Origin: Squalus acanthias
Taxonomy: Eukaryota
Assembly (NCBI GenBank): GCA_030390025.1
Contig: CM059432.1
Location: 146,322,001-146,386,000 of the forward strand
Direction: 5' to 3'
DNA length: 64,000 nt
The translations under genes and the position numbers were made by a program. Positions 46,001 through 59,691 of this stretch are shown piece by piece. The notes beneath the pieces are model-generated. The model did no database searches. It saw only the letters and a program-made list of their open reading frames with translations, and was not told the origin of the DNA. Within the stretch, counting starts at the first letter, position 1; the number at the start of each line of letters is the position of its first letter.

Positions 46001-49000
46001 GTGTCTGTCTCCATCTCTCTCTCTGTAACAATTGCCTGGTGTCTGTCTATATCTCTCTCTCTGTAATGATTGCCTGGTGCCTGTCCCCATCTCTCTCTCT
46101 GTAATGGTTGCCTGGTGTCTGTCTCCATCTCTCTCTCTGTAATGATTGCCTGGTGTCTGTCTATATCTCTCTCTCTGTAATGATTGCCTGGTGTCTGTCT
46201 CCATCTCTCTCTCTGTAATGATTGCCTGGTGCCTGTCTCCATCTCTCTCTCTGTAACGATTGCCTGGTGCCTGTCTCCATCTCTCTCTCTGTAATGGTTG
46301 CCTGGTGTCTGTCTCCATCTCTCTCTCTGTAATGATTGCCTGGTGTCTGTCTCCATCTCTCTCTCTGTAATGATTGCCTGGTGTCTGTCTCCATCTCTCT
46401 CTGTGTAGCGATTGCCTGGTGCCTGTCTCCATCTCTCTCTCTGTAACGATTGCCTGGTGCCTGTCTCCATCTCTCTCTCTGTAACGATTGCCTGGTGCCT
46501 GTCTCCATCTCTCTCTCTGTAATGATTGCCTGGTGTCTGTCTCCATCTCTCTCTCTGTAACGATTGCCTGGTGTCTGTCTCCGTCTCTCTCTCTGTAACG
46601 ATTGCCTGGTGTCTGTCTATGTCTCTCTCTCTCTGTAACGATTGCCTGGTGTCTGTCTCCATCTCTCTCTCTGTAATGATTGCCTGGTGTCTGTCTCCAT
46701 CTCTCTCTCTCTCTAACGATTGCCTGGTGTCTGTCTATATCTCTCTCTCTCTGTAATGATTGCCTGGTGTCTGTCTCCATCTCTCTCTCTGTAATGATTG
46801 CCTGGTGTCTGTCTCCATCTCTCTCTCTGTAACGATTGCCTGGTGTCTGTCTCCATCTCTCTCTCTGTAACGATTGCCTGGTGCCTGTCTCCATCTCTCT
46901 CTCTGTAACAATTGCCTGGTGCCTGTCTCCATCTCTCTCTGTGTAACGATTGCCTGGTGCCTGTCTCCATCTCTCTCTCTGTAATGATTGCCTGGTGTCT
47001 GTCTCCATCTCTCTCTCTGTGACGATTGCCTGGTGTCTGTCTCCATCTCTCTCTCTCTAATGATTGCCTGGTGTCTGTCTCCATCTCTCTCTCTAACGAT
47101 TGCCTGGTGTCTGTCTCCATCTCTCTCTCTAACGATTGCCTGGTGTCTGTCTCCATCTCTCTCTCTGTAATGATTGCCTGGTGCCAGTCTCCATCTCTCT
47201 CTCTGTAACGATTTCCTGGTGTCTGTCTCCATCTCTCTCTCTGACGATTGCCTGGTGTCTGTCTCCATCTCTCTCTCTAACGATTGCCTGGTGTCTGTCT
47301 CCATCTCTCTCTCTGTAACGATTGCCTGGTGTCTGTCTATATCTCTCTCTCTGTAATGATTGCCTGGTGCCTGTCTCCATCTCTCTCTCTGTAATGGTTG
47401 CCTGGTGTCTGTCTCAGTCTCTCTCTCTCTAACGATTGCCTGGTGTCTGTCTATATCTCTCTCTCTGTAATGATTGCCTGGTGTCTGTCTCCATCTCTCT
47501 CTCTATAACGATTGCCTGGTGTCTGTCTCCATCTCTCTCTCTGTAACGATTGCCTGGTGTCTGTCTCCATCTCTCTCTCTCTCTAACGATTGCCTGGTGT
47601 CTGTCTATCTCTCTCTCTCTGTAACGATTGCCTGGTGTCTGTCTCCATCTCTCTCTCTGTAATGATTGCCTGGTGTCTGTCTCCATCTCTCTCTCTCTGT
47701 AATGATTGCCTGGTGCCTGTCTCCATCTCTCTCTCTGTAATGATTGCCTGGTGTCTGTCTCCATCTCTCTCTCTGTAACGATTGCCTGGTGTCTGTCTCC
47801 ATCTCTCTCTCTGTAATGATTGCCTGGTGTCTGTCTCCATCTCTCTCTCTGTAACGATTGCCTGGTGTCTGTCTCCATCTCTCTCTCTGTAATGATTGCC
47901 TGGTGTCTGTCTCCATCTCTCTCTAACGATTGCCTGGTGTCTGTCTCCATCTCTCTCTCTGTAACGATTGCCTGGTGTCTGTCTCCATCTCTCTCTCTGT
48001 AATGATTGCCTGGTGTCTGTCTATATCTCTCTCTCTGTAACGATTGCCTGGTGTCTGTCTATATCTCTCTCTCTGTAATGATTGCCTGGTGTCTGTCTCC
48101 ATCTCTCTCTCTGTAACGATTGCCTGGTGTCTGTCTCCATCTCTCTCTCTGTAATGATTGCCTGGTGTCTGTCTCCATCTCTCTCTCTCTGTAATGATTG
48201 CCTGGTGCCTGTCTCCATCTCTCTCTCTGTAATGATTGCCTGGTGTCTGTCTCCATCTCTCTCTCTGTAACGATTGCCTGGTGTCTGTCTCCATCTCTCT
48301 CTCTGTAATGATTGCCTGGTGTCTGTCTCCATCTCTCTCTCTGTAACGATTGCCTGGTGTCAGTCTCCATCTCTCTCTCTGTAATGATTGCCTGGTGTCT
48401 GTCTCCATCTCTCTCTCTCTAACGATTGCCTGGTGTCTGTCTCCATCTCTCTCTCTGTAACGATTGCCTGGTGTCTGTCTCCATCTCTCTCTCTGTAATG
48501 ATTGCCTGGTGTCTGTCTATATCTCTCTCTCTGTAACGATTGCCTGGTGTCTGTCTATATCTCTCTCTCTCTGTAATGATTGCCTGGTGTCTGTCTCCAT
48601 CTCTCTCTCTGTAATGATTGCCTGGTGTCTGTCTCCATCTCTCTCTCTGTAACGATTGCCTGGTGTCTGTCTCCATCTCTCTCTCTGTAACAATTGCCTG
48701 GTGCCTGTCTCCATCTCTCTCTCTGTAACGATTGCCTGGTGCCTGTCTCCATCTCTCTCTGTGTTACGATTGCCTGGTGCCTGTCTCCAACTCTCTCTCT
48801 GTGACGATTGCCTGGTGTCTGTCTCCATCTCTCTCTCTGTAATGATTGCCTGGTGCCAGTCTCCATCTCTCTCTCTGTAACGATTTCCTGGTGTCTGTCT
48901 CCATCTCTCTCTCTGTAACGATTGCCTGGTGTCTGTCTCCATCTCTCTCTCTCTAACGATTGCCTGGTGTCTGTCTCCATCTCTCTCTCTAACGATTGCC

Positions 49001-52000
49001 TGGTGTCTGTCTCCATCTCTCTCTCTGTAACGATTGCCTGGTGTCTGTCTATATCTCTCTCTCTGTAATGATTGCCTAGTGCCGGTCTCCATCTCTCTCT
49101 CTGTAATGGTTGCCTGGTGTCTGTCTCCATCTCTCTCTCTGTAATGATTGCCTGGTGTCTGTCTATATCTCTCTCTCTGTAATGATTGCCTGGTGTCTGT
49201 CTCCATCTCTCTCTCTATAACGATTGCCTGGTGTCTGTCTCCATCTCTCTCTCTGTACCGATTGCCTGGTGTCTGTCTCCATCTCTCTCTCTCTCTCTAA
49301 CGATTGCCTGGTGTCTGTCTATCTCTCTCTCTCTGTAACGATTGCCTGGTGTCTGTCTCCATCTCTCTCTCTGTAATGATTGCCTGGTGTCTGTCTCCAT
49401 CTCTCTCTCTCTGTAATGATTGCCTGGTGCCTGTCTCCATCTCTCTCTCTGTAATGATTGCCTGGTGTCTGTCTCCATCTCTCTCTCTGTAACGATTGCC
49501 TGGTGTCTGTCTCCATCTCTCTCTCTGTAATGATTGCCTGGTGTCTGTCTCCATCTCTCTCTCTCTGTAATGATTGCCTGGTGTCTGTCTATATCACTCT
49601 CTCTGTAACGATTGCCTAGTGTCTGTCTCCATCTCTCTCTCTGTAATGATTGCCTGGTGTCTGTCTCCATCTCTCTCTCTCTTAATGATTGCCTGGTGCC
49701 TGTCTCCATCTCTCTCTCTGTAATGATTGCCTGGTGTCTGTCTCCATCTCTCTCTCTGTAACGATTGCCTGGTGTCTGTCTCCATCTCTCTCTCTGTAAT
49801 GATTGCCTGGTGTCTGTCTCCATCTCTCTCTCTGTAACGATTGCCTGGTGTCTGTCTCCATCTCTCTCTCTGTAACGATTGCCTGGTGTCTGTCTCCATC
49901 TCTCTCTCTCTAACGATTGCCTGGTGTCTGTCTCCATCTCTCTCTCTGTAACGATTGCCTGGTGTCTGTCTCCATCTCTCTCTCTGTAATGATTGCCTGG
50001 TGTCTGTCTATATCTCTCTCTCTGTAACGGTTGCCTGGTGTCTGTCTATATCTCTCTCTCTGTAATGATTGCCTGGTGTCTGTCTCCATCTCTCTCTAAC
50101 GATTGCCTGGTGTCTGTCTCCATCTCTCTCTCTGTAACAATTGCCTGGTGTCTGTCTATATCTCTCTCTCTGTAATGATTGCCTGGTGCCTGTCCCCATC
50201 TCTCTCTCTGTAATGGTTGCCTGGTGTCTGTCTCCATCTCTCTCTCTGTAATGATTGCCTGGTGTCTGTCTATATCTCTCTCTCTGTAATGATTGCCTGG
50301 TGTCTGTCTCCATCTCTCTCTCTGTAATGATTGCCTGGTGCCTGTCTCCATCTCTCTCTCTGTAACGATTGCCTGGTGCCTGTCTCCATCTCTCTCTCTG
50401 TAATGGTTGCCTGGTGTCTGTCTCCATCTCTCTCTCTGTAATGATTGCCTGGTGTCTGTCTCCATCTCTCTCTCTGTAATGATTGCCTGGTGTCTGTCTC
50501 CATCTCTCTCTGTGTAGCGATTGCCTGGTGCCTGTCTCCATCTCTCTCTCTGTAACGATTGCCTGGTGCCTGTCTCCATCTCTCTCTCTGTAACGATTGC
50601 CTGGTGCCTGTCTCCATCTCTCTCTCTGTAATGATTGCCTGGTGTCTGTCTCCATCTCTCTCTCTGTAACGATTGCCTGGTGTCTGTCTCCGTCTCTCTC
50701 TCTGTAACGATTGCCTGGTGTCTGTCTATGTCTCTCTCTCTCTGTAACGATTGCCTGGTGTCTGTCTCCATCTCTCTCTCTGTAATGATTGCCTGGTGTC
50801 TGTCTCCATCTCTCTCTCTCTCTAACGATTGCCTGGTGTCTGTCTATATCTCTCTCTCTCTGTAATGATTGCCTGGTGTCTGTCTCCATCTCTCTCTCTG
50901 TAATGATTGCCTGGTGTCTGTCTCCATCTCTCTCTCTGTAACGATTGCCTGGTGTCTGTCTCCATCTCTCTCTCTGTAACGATTGCCTGGTGCCTGTCTC
51001 CATCTCTCTCTCTGTAACAATTGCCTGGTGCCTGTCTCCATCTCTCTCTGTGTAACGATTGCCTGGTGCCTGTCTCCATCTCTCTCTCTGTAATGATTGC
51101 CTGGTGTCTGTCTCCATCTCTCTCTCTGTGACGATTGCCTGGTGTCTGTCTCCATCTCTCTCTCTCTAATGATTGCCTGGTGTCTGTCTCCATCTCTCTC
51201 TCTAACGATTGCCTGGTGTCTGTCTCCATCTCTCTCTCTAACGATTGCCTGGTGTCTGTCTCCATCTCTCTCTCTGTAATGATTGCCTGGTGCCAGTCTC
51301 CATCTCTCTCTCTGTAACGATTTCCTGGTGTCTGTCTCCATCTCTCTCTCTCTGACGATTGCCTGGTGTCTGTCTCCATCTCTCTCTCTAACGATTGCCT
51401 GGTGTCTGTCTCCATCTCTCTCTCTGTAACGATTGCCTGGTGTCTGTCTATATCTCTCTCTCTGTAATGATTGCCTGGTGCCTGTCTCCATCTCTCTCTC
51501 TGTAATGGTTGCCTGGTGTCTGTCTATGTCTCTCTCTCTCTAACGATTGCCTGGTGTCTGTCTATATCTCTCTCTCTGTAATGATTGCCTGGTGTCTGTC
51601 TCCATCTCTCTCTCTATAACGATTGTTTGGTGTCTGTCTCCATCTCTCTCTCTGTAACGATTGCCTGGTGTCTGTCTCCATCTCTCTCTCTCTCTCTAAC
51701 GATTGCCTGGTGTCTGTCTATCTCTCTCTCTCTGTAACGATTGCCTGGTGTCTGTCTCCATCTCTCTCTCTGTAATGATTGCCTGGTGTCTGTCTCCATC
51801 TCTCTCTCTCTGTAATGATTGCCTGGTGCCTGTCTCCATCTCTCTCTCTGTAATGATTGCCTGGTGTCTGTCTCCATCTCTCTCTCTGTAACGATTGCCT
51901 GGTGTCTGTCTCCATCTCTCTCTCTGTAATGATTGCCTGGTGTCTGTCTCCATCTCTCTCTCTGTAACGATTGCCTGGTGTCAGTCTCCATCTCTCTCTC

Positions 52001-55000
52001 TGTAATGATTGCCTGGTGTCTGTCTCCATCTCTCTCTCTCTAACGATTGCCTGGTGTCTGTCTCCATCTCTCTCTCTGTAACGATTGCCTGGTGTCTGTC
52101 TCCATCTCTCTCTCTGTAATGATTGCCTGGTGTCTGTCTATATCTCTCTCTCTGTAACGATTGCCTGGTGTCTGTCTATATCTCTCTCTCTGTAATGATT
52201 GCCTGGTGTCTGTCTCCATCTCTCTCTCTGTAACGATTGCCTGGTGTCTGTCTCCATCTCTCTCTCTGTAATGATTGCCTGGTGTCTGTCTCCATCTCTC
52301 TCTCTCTGTAATGATTGCCTGGTGCCTGTCTCCATCTCTCTCTCTGTAATGATTGCCTGGTGTCTGTCTCCATCTCTCTCTCTGTAACGATTGCCTGGTG
52401 TCTGTCTCCATCTCTCTCTCTGTAATGATTGCCTGGTGTCTGTCTCCATCTCTCTCTCTGTAACGATTGCCTGGTGTCAGTCTCCATCTCTCTCTCTGTA
52501 ATGATTGCCTGGTGTCTGTCTCCATCTCTCTCTCTCTAACGATTGCCTGGTGTCTGTCTCCATCTCTCTCTCTGTAACGATTGCCTGGTGTCTGTCTCCA
52601 TCTCTCTCTCTGTAATGATTGCCTGGTGTCTGTCTATATCTCTCTCTCTGTAACGATTGCCTGGTGTCTGTCTATATCTCTCTCTCTCTGTAATGATTGC
52701 CTGGTGTCTGTCTCCATCTCTCTCTCTGTAATGATTGCCTGGTGTCTGTCTCCATCTCTCTCTCTGTAACGATTGCCTGGTGTCTGTCTCCATCTCTCTC
52801 TCTGTAACAATTGCCTGGTGCCTGTCTCCATCTCTCTCTCTGTAACGATTGCCTGGTGCCTGTCTCCATCTCTCTCTGTGTTACGATTGCCTGGTGCCTG
52901 TCTCCAACTCTCTCTCTGTGACGATTGCCTGGTGTCTGTCTCCATCTCTCTCTCTGTAATGATTGCCTGGTGCCAGTCTCCATCTCTCTCTCTGTAACGA
53001 TTTCCTGGTGTCTGTCTCCATCTCTCTCTCTGTAACGATTGCCTGGTGTCTGTCTCCATCTCTCTCTCTCTAACGATTGCCTGGTGTCTGTCTCCATCTC
53101 TCTCTCTAACGATTGCCTGGTGTCTGTCTCCATCTCTCTCTCTGTAACGATTGCCTGGTGTCTGTCTATATCTCTCTCTCTGTAATGATTGCCTAGTGCC
53201 GGTCTCCATCTCTCTCTCTGTAATGGTTGCCTGGTGTCTGTCTCCATCTCTCTCTCTGTAATGATTGCCTGGTGTCTGTCTATATCTCTCTCTCTGTAAT
53301 GATTGCCTGGTGTCTGTCTCCATCTCTCTCTCTATAACGATTGCCTGGTGTCTGTCTCCATCTCTCTCTCTGTACCGATTGCCTGGTGTCTGTCTCCATC
53401 TCTCTCTCTCTCTCTAACGATTGCCTGGTGTCTGTCTATCTCTCTCTCTCTGTAACGATTGCCTGGTGTCTGTCTCCATCTCTCTCTCTGTAATGATTGC
53501 CTGGTGTCTGTCTCCATCTCTCTCTCTCTGTAATGATTGCCTGGTGCCTGTCTCCATCTCTCTCTCTGTAATGATTGCCTGGTGTCTGTCTCCATCTCTC
53601 TCTCTGTAACGATTGCCTGGTGTCTGTCTCCATCTCTCTCTCTGTAATGATTGCCTGGTGTCTGTCTCCATCTCTCTCTCTGTAACGATTGCCTGGTGTC
53701 TGTCTCCATCTCTCTCTCTGTAATGATTGCGTGGTGTCTGTCTCCATCTCTCTCTCTCTAACGATTGCCTGGTGTCTGTCTCCATCTCTCTCTCTGTAAC
53801 GATTGCCTGGTGTCTGTCTCCATCTCTCTCTCTGTAATGATTGCCTGGTGTCTGTCTCCATCTCTCTCTCTCTGTAATGATTGCCTGGTGTCTGTCTATA
53901 TCACTCTCTCTGTAACGATTGCCTGGTGTCTGTCTCCATCTCTCTCTCTGTAATGATTGCCTGGTGTCTGTCTCCATCTCTCTCTCTCTTAATGATTGCC
54001 TGGTGCCTGTCTCCATCTCTCTCTCTGTAATGATTGCCTGGTGTCTGTCTCCATCTCTCTCTCTGTAACGATTGCCTGGTGTCTGTCTCCATCTCTCTCT
54101 CTGTAATGATTGCCTGGTGTCTGTCTCCATCTCTCTCTCTGTAACGATTGCCTGGTGTCTGTCTCCATCTCTCTCTCTGTAACGATTGCCTGGTGTCTGT
54201 CTCCATCTCTCTCTCTCTAACGATTGCCTGGTGTCTGTCTCCATCTCTCTCTCTGTAACGATTGCCTGGTGTCTGTCTCCATCTCTCTCTCTGTAATGAT
54301 TGCCTGGTGTCTGTCTATATCTCTCTCTCTGTAACGGTTGCCTGGTGTCTGTCTATATCTCTCTCTCTGTAATGATTGCCTGGTGTCTGTCTCCATCTCT
54401 CTCTAACGATTGCCTGGTGTCTGTCTCCATCTCTCTCTCTGTAACAATTGCCTGGTGTCTGTCTATATCTCTCTCTCTGTAATGATTGCCTGGTGCCTGT
54501 CCCCATCTCTCTCTCTGTAATGGTTGCCTGGTGTCTGTCTCCATCTCTCTCTCTGTAATGATTGCCTGGTGTCTGTCTATATCTCTCTCTCTGTAATGAT
54601 TGCCTGGTGTCTGTCTCCATCTCTCTCTCTGTAATGATTGCCTGGTGCCTGTCTCCATCTCTCTCTCTGTAACGATTGCCTGGTGCCTGTCTCCATCTCT
54701 CTCTCTGTAATGGTTGCCTGGTGTCTGTCTCCATCTCTCTCTCTGTAATGATTGCCTGGTGTCTGTCTCCATCTCTCTCTCTGTAATGATTGCCTGGTGT
54801 CTGTCTCCATCTCTCTCTGTGTAGCGATTGCCTGGTGCCTGTCTCCATCTCTCTCTGTGTAACGATTGCCTGGTGCCTGTCTCCATCTCTCTCTCTGTAA
54901 CGATTGCCTGGTGCCTGTCTCCATCTCTCTCTCTGTAATGATTGCCTGGTGTCTGTCTCCATCTCTCTCTCTGTAACGATTGCCTGGTGTCTGTCTCCGT

Positions 55001-57611
55001 CTCTCTCTCTGTAACGATTGCCTGGTGTCTGTCTATGTCTCTCTCTCTCTGTAACGATTGCCTGGTGTCTGTCTCCATCTCTCTCTCTGTAATGATTGCC
55101 TGGTGTCTGTCTCCATCTCTCTCTCTCTCTAACGATTGCCTGGTGTCTGTCTATATCTCTCTCTCTCTGTAATGATTGCCTGGTGTCTGTCTCCATCTCT
55201 CTCTCTGTAATGATTGCCTGGTGTCTGTCTCCATCTCTCTCTCTGTAACGATTGCCTGGTGTCTGTCTCCATCTCTCTCTCTGTAACGATTGCCTGGTGC
55301 CTGTCTCCATCTCTCTCTCTGTAACAATTGCCTGGTGCCTGTCTCCATCTCTCTCTGTGTAACGATTGCCTGGTGCCTGTCTCCATCTCTCTCTCTGTAA
55401 TGATTGCCTGGTGTCTGTCTCCATCTCTCTCTCTGTGACGATTGCCTGGTGTCTGTCTCCATCTCTCTCTCTCTAATGATTGCCTGGTGTCTGTCTCCAT
55501 CTCTCTCTCTAACGATTGCCTGGTGTCTGTCTCCATCTCTCTCTCTAACGATTGCCTGGTGTCTGTCTCCATCTCTCTCTCTGTAATGATTGCCTGGTGC
55601 CAGTCTCCATCTCTCTCTCTGTAACGATTTCCTGGTGTCTGTCTCCATCTCTCTCTCTCTGACGATTGCCTGGTGTCTGTCTCCATCTCTCTCTCTAACG
55701 ATTGCCTGGTGTCTGTCTCCATCTCTCTCTCTGTAACGATTGCCTGGTGTCTGTCTATATCTCTCTCTCTGTAATGATTGCCTGGTGCCTGTCTCCATCT
55801 CTCTCTCTGTAATGGTTGCCTGGTGTCTGTCTCCATCTCTCTCTCTGTAATGATTGCCTGGTGTCTGTCTATATCTCTCTCTCTGTAATGATTGCCTGGT
55901 GTCTGTCTCCATCTCTCTCTCTATAACGATTGTTTGGTGTCTGTCTCCATCTCTCTCTCTGTAACGATTGCCTGGTGTCTGTCTCCATCTCTCTCTCTCT
56001 CTCTAACGATTGCCTGGTGTCTGTCTATCTCTCTCTCTCTGTAACGATTGCCTGGTGTCTGTCTCCATCTCTCTCTCTGTAATGATTGCCTGGTGTCTGT
56101 CTCCATCTCTCTCTCTCTGTAATGATTGCCTGGTGCCTGTCTCCATCTCTCTCTCTGTAATGATTGCCTGGTGTCTGTCTCCATCTCTCTCTCTGTAACG
56201 ATTGCCTGGTGTCTGTCTCCATCTCTCTCTCTGTAATGATTGCCTGGTGTCTGTCTCCATCTCTCTCTCTGTAACGATTGCCTGGTGTCAGTCTCCATCT
56301 CTCTCTCTGTAATGATTGCCTGGTGTCTGTCTCCATCTCTCTCTCTCTAACGATTGCCTGGTGTCTGTCTCCATCTCTCTCTCTGTAACGATTGCCTGGT
56401 GTCTGTCTCCATCTCTCTCTCTGTAATGATTGCCTGGTGTCTGTCTATATCTCTCTCTCTGTAACGATTGCCTGGTGTCTGTCTATATCTCTCTCTCTGT
56501 AATGATTGCCTGGTGTCTGTCTCCATCTCTCTCTCTGTAACGATTGCCTGGTGTCTGTCTCCATCTCTCTCTCTGTAATGATTGCCTGGTGTCTGTCTCC
56601 ATCTCTCTCTCTCTGTAATGATTGCCTGGTGCCTGTCTCCATCTCTCTCTCTGTAATGATTGCCTGGTGTCTGTCTCCATCTCTCTCTCTGTAACGATTG
56701 CCTGGTGTCTGTCTCCATCTCTCTCTCTGTAATGATTGCCTGGTGTCTGTCTCCATCTCTCTCTCTGTAACGATTGCCTGGTGTCAGTCTCCATCTCTCT
56801 CTCTGTAATGATTGCCTGGTGTCTGTCTCCATCTCTCTCTCTCTAACGATTGCCTGGTGTCTGTCTCCATCTCTCTCTCTGTAACGATTGCCTGGTGTCT
56901 GTCTCCATCTCTCTCTCTGTAATGATTGCCTGGTGTCTGTCTATATCTCTCTCTCTGTAACGATTGCCTGGTGTCTGTCTATATCTCTCTCTCTGTAATG
57001 ATTGCCTGGTGTCTGTCTCCATCTCTCTCTCTGTAATGATTGCCTGCTGTCTGTCTATATCTCTCTCTCTGTAACGATTGCCTGGTGTCTGTCTATATCT
57101 CTCTCTCTGTAATGATTGCCTGGTGTCTATCTCCATCTCTCTCTCTGTAACGATTGCCTGGTGTCTGTCTATATCTCTCTCTCTGTAATGATTGCCTGGT
57201 GTCTGTCTCCATCTCTCTCTCTGTAATGATTGCCTGGTGTCTGTCTATATCTCTCTCTCTGTAACGATTGCCTGGTGTCTGTCTCCATCTCTCTCTCTGT
57301 AACGATTGCCTGGTGTCTGTCTATATCTCTCTCTCTGTAATGATTGCCTGGTGTCTGTCTCCATCTATCTCTCTGCAATGATTGCCTGGTGTCTGTCTAT
57401 ATCTCTCTCTCTGTAATGATTGCCTGGTGTCTGTCTCCATCTCTCTCTCTGTAATGATTGCCTGGTGTCTGTCTCCATCTTGCTCTCTGTAATGATTGCC
57501 TGGTGCCTGTCTCCATCTCTCTCTCTGTGTAACGATTGCGTGGTGTCTGTCTCCATCTCTCTCTCTGTAACGATTGCCTGGTGTCTGTCTCCATCTCTCT
57601 CTCTGTAATGA
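40000..57611. repeat. 38-bp satellite TGCCTGGTGTCTGTCTCCATCTCTCTCTCTGTAAYGAT, about 460 units, with higher-order repeats
   Basis: Directly visible array; variant blocks recur at 1214 bp and at 4109-4307 bp. Confidence 0.98.
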
Positions 57612-58590
57612 CTACCATATAACTACCTTCTAAATATCTAAAGGTTGACATCAATGGGGTTAGTGTGCATGTTGAGCCTAAGTAGAGAAGGGCACTACAG
57701 TGTTATGCACCATTCAACTCTTGGAATTGTGTAGCTAACACTTATGTTTATTATGGGGAAAAGCAACTCAAACCTCAAAGGGAGAACTATTGGAGCTGAC
57801 TGAGCAAACAGGCACTATCCAGATTTCTCCACAGATGATGGTAATTATGGCAGAGCTAAAACGCAGTTGTCAGGCTAGCCAGATGTCCTAAGTTTGGTCA
57901 AGTTGGTCCTAACCAGTGAAGTAAATCCCTGTGTCCTGCAGTTGTTGCGTCTGGGAAATCCCAGTCCTTAATTTACGTCTTGAATGTCAAAAAAAATTTG
58001 GAGAAAAATTATGCTCGGCACTTCTCTTCCACAATGACATTATCAAACCTTTCATTTATAAAAGCTAGCAGCAGAATGTTTCTTGTAATTGATGTTGAAA
58101 GAATTATCAACAAAGCTAAAAGAATGAGCCAATTTGCTCTTCCTGTTTTTGTGAATCTGATCAAATTACCTTTGGGCAAAGGTCGTGAATAGCTAACACT
58201 GAAGTTAACTCCAATTACCTAAATTACAGTTGCTGTTGTATTTAGAAAGTTTATTTTCTTCCACAAACTCAGAACATGGGGCCATTTGAAGCACCTTCAT
58301 CGTTCCTACAACGACCATCTCCCTCCTTCAGCGAATGAACATGCAAGACCCTTCAACTCTTGCACCTTCACCAGTACAGCACTTATCCCCACAATGCATG
58401 GAATCTGGCTGTGAGATACCACGGCGGATCTACCAGTCTCCTGCCATGAGCGCCAGGGAAAAGGCGTCAACGTCTGAAAATGGTCATTTTCGCCATTTCC
58501 CTGGAGCGTTCTGCCAATCTCTGAGTCATGGAATGCACCCTTTTAATATGCAAATTAGGTTCCTATAACAAAAAGACTTTCATTTATATA

Positions 58591-59047
58591 AGAAAGAAAG
58601 ACTTGCATTTATATAGCACCTTTCACAACCACCGGAACTCTAAAAGCACTTTACAGCCAATGAAGCACTTTTGAAGTGGAGGCACTATTGTAATGTAGGA
58701 GACGCGGCAGCCAATTTGCGCACAGCAAGCTCCCACAAACAGCAATGTGAAAATGAATAGATAATCTGTTTTAGTAATAACTATTGGCCAGGACACCAGG
58801 GATAACTCCCCTGCTCTTCTTCGAAATAGTGCCATGGGATCTTTTACATCCACCTGAGAGAGCAGACAGGACCTCGGTTTAACATCTCATCCGAAAGATG
58901 GGACCTCCGACAGTGCAGCACTCCCTCAGCACTGCATTGGAATGTCAGCCTAGCTTTAATGTGCACAAGCTCCTGGAGTGGGACTTGAACCCACAGCCTT
59001 CTGACTCAGAGGCAACTGTGCTACCCACTGAGCCACAGCTGACACTG
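58591..59047 (-). mobile_element. tRNA-derived Deu-domain SINE (SacSINE1-like), near full length
   Basis: Minus-strand A-box TGGCTCAGTGG, B-box GGTTCAAGTCC and L2-like tail CTATATAAATGCAAGTCTTTCTTTCT; tail fragments also at about 25878-25985 and 32580-32687. Confidence 0.75.
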
Positions 59048-59099
59048 TAATGAAATAATGCCTTTCACAACCACAGGATGCCCCAAAAGTGCCAATGAG

Positions 59100-59480
59100 C
59101 AACAACAATAACACGTTGCATTTATATAGCACCTTTTAACATATTAAAACATCCCAAGGAGCTTCACAGGAGCATCAGCAAATAAAACCGAGTCGCACAA
59201 GGAGATATTAGGTCAGGTGACCAGAAACTTTGTAGGTTTTCAGGAGCGTTTTAAAAGAGGAGAGAGAGGCGGAGAGGTTTAGGGAGGGAATTCCAGAGCT
59301 TAGGGCCCAGGCAGCTGAAGGCACGGCCGCCAGTGGTGGAGCAATGGAAATCGGGGATGCTCAAGAGACCACAATTGGAGGAGCGCAGATTTCTTGGAGG
59401 GTTGTGGGGCTGGAGGAAGTTACAGAGATAGGGAGGGACGAGGCCATGGAGGGATTTGAGAACAAGGATGAGAATTTTAA
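59100..59480 (-). mobile_element. L2-clade LINE 3' fragment
   Basis: FKILILVLKSLHGLVPPYL...GGRAFSCLGPKLWNSLP with a (GTT)n-like tail. Confidence 0.8.
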
Positions 59481-59691
59481 AATTGTGGGCGGGGCCGGCT
59501 TCTGGCACAATGTTTTTTAAACTCGTGCAAAGGATCGTAGAAAACCGGTTTGGGCTGAACGTAATTTGCGTTTAAAATTCTGCGATCCTTTGCACTAACT
59601 TTGCTGATTTCTGGCGAATTGTGCCGAGAACTCTGGAGCAACTGAACGGAAACTCTATCCCTATGATGTATCTTTGTAAGTCTGAGACATT

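Noticed and set aside
40000..57611. CRISPR-like array
   Set aside because: No unique spacers, no cas genes, and a eukaryotic context.
39975..57654. Many METDTRQSLQRER-type ORFs
   Set aside because: Translations of the 38-bp satellite; no domain content or gene structure.
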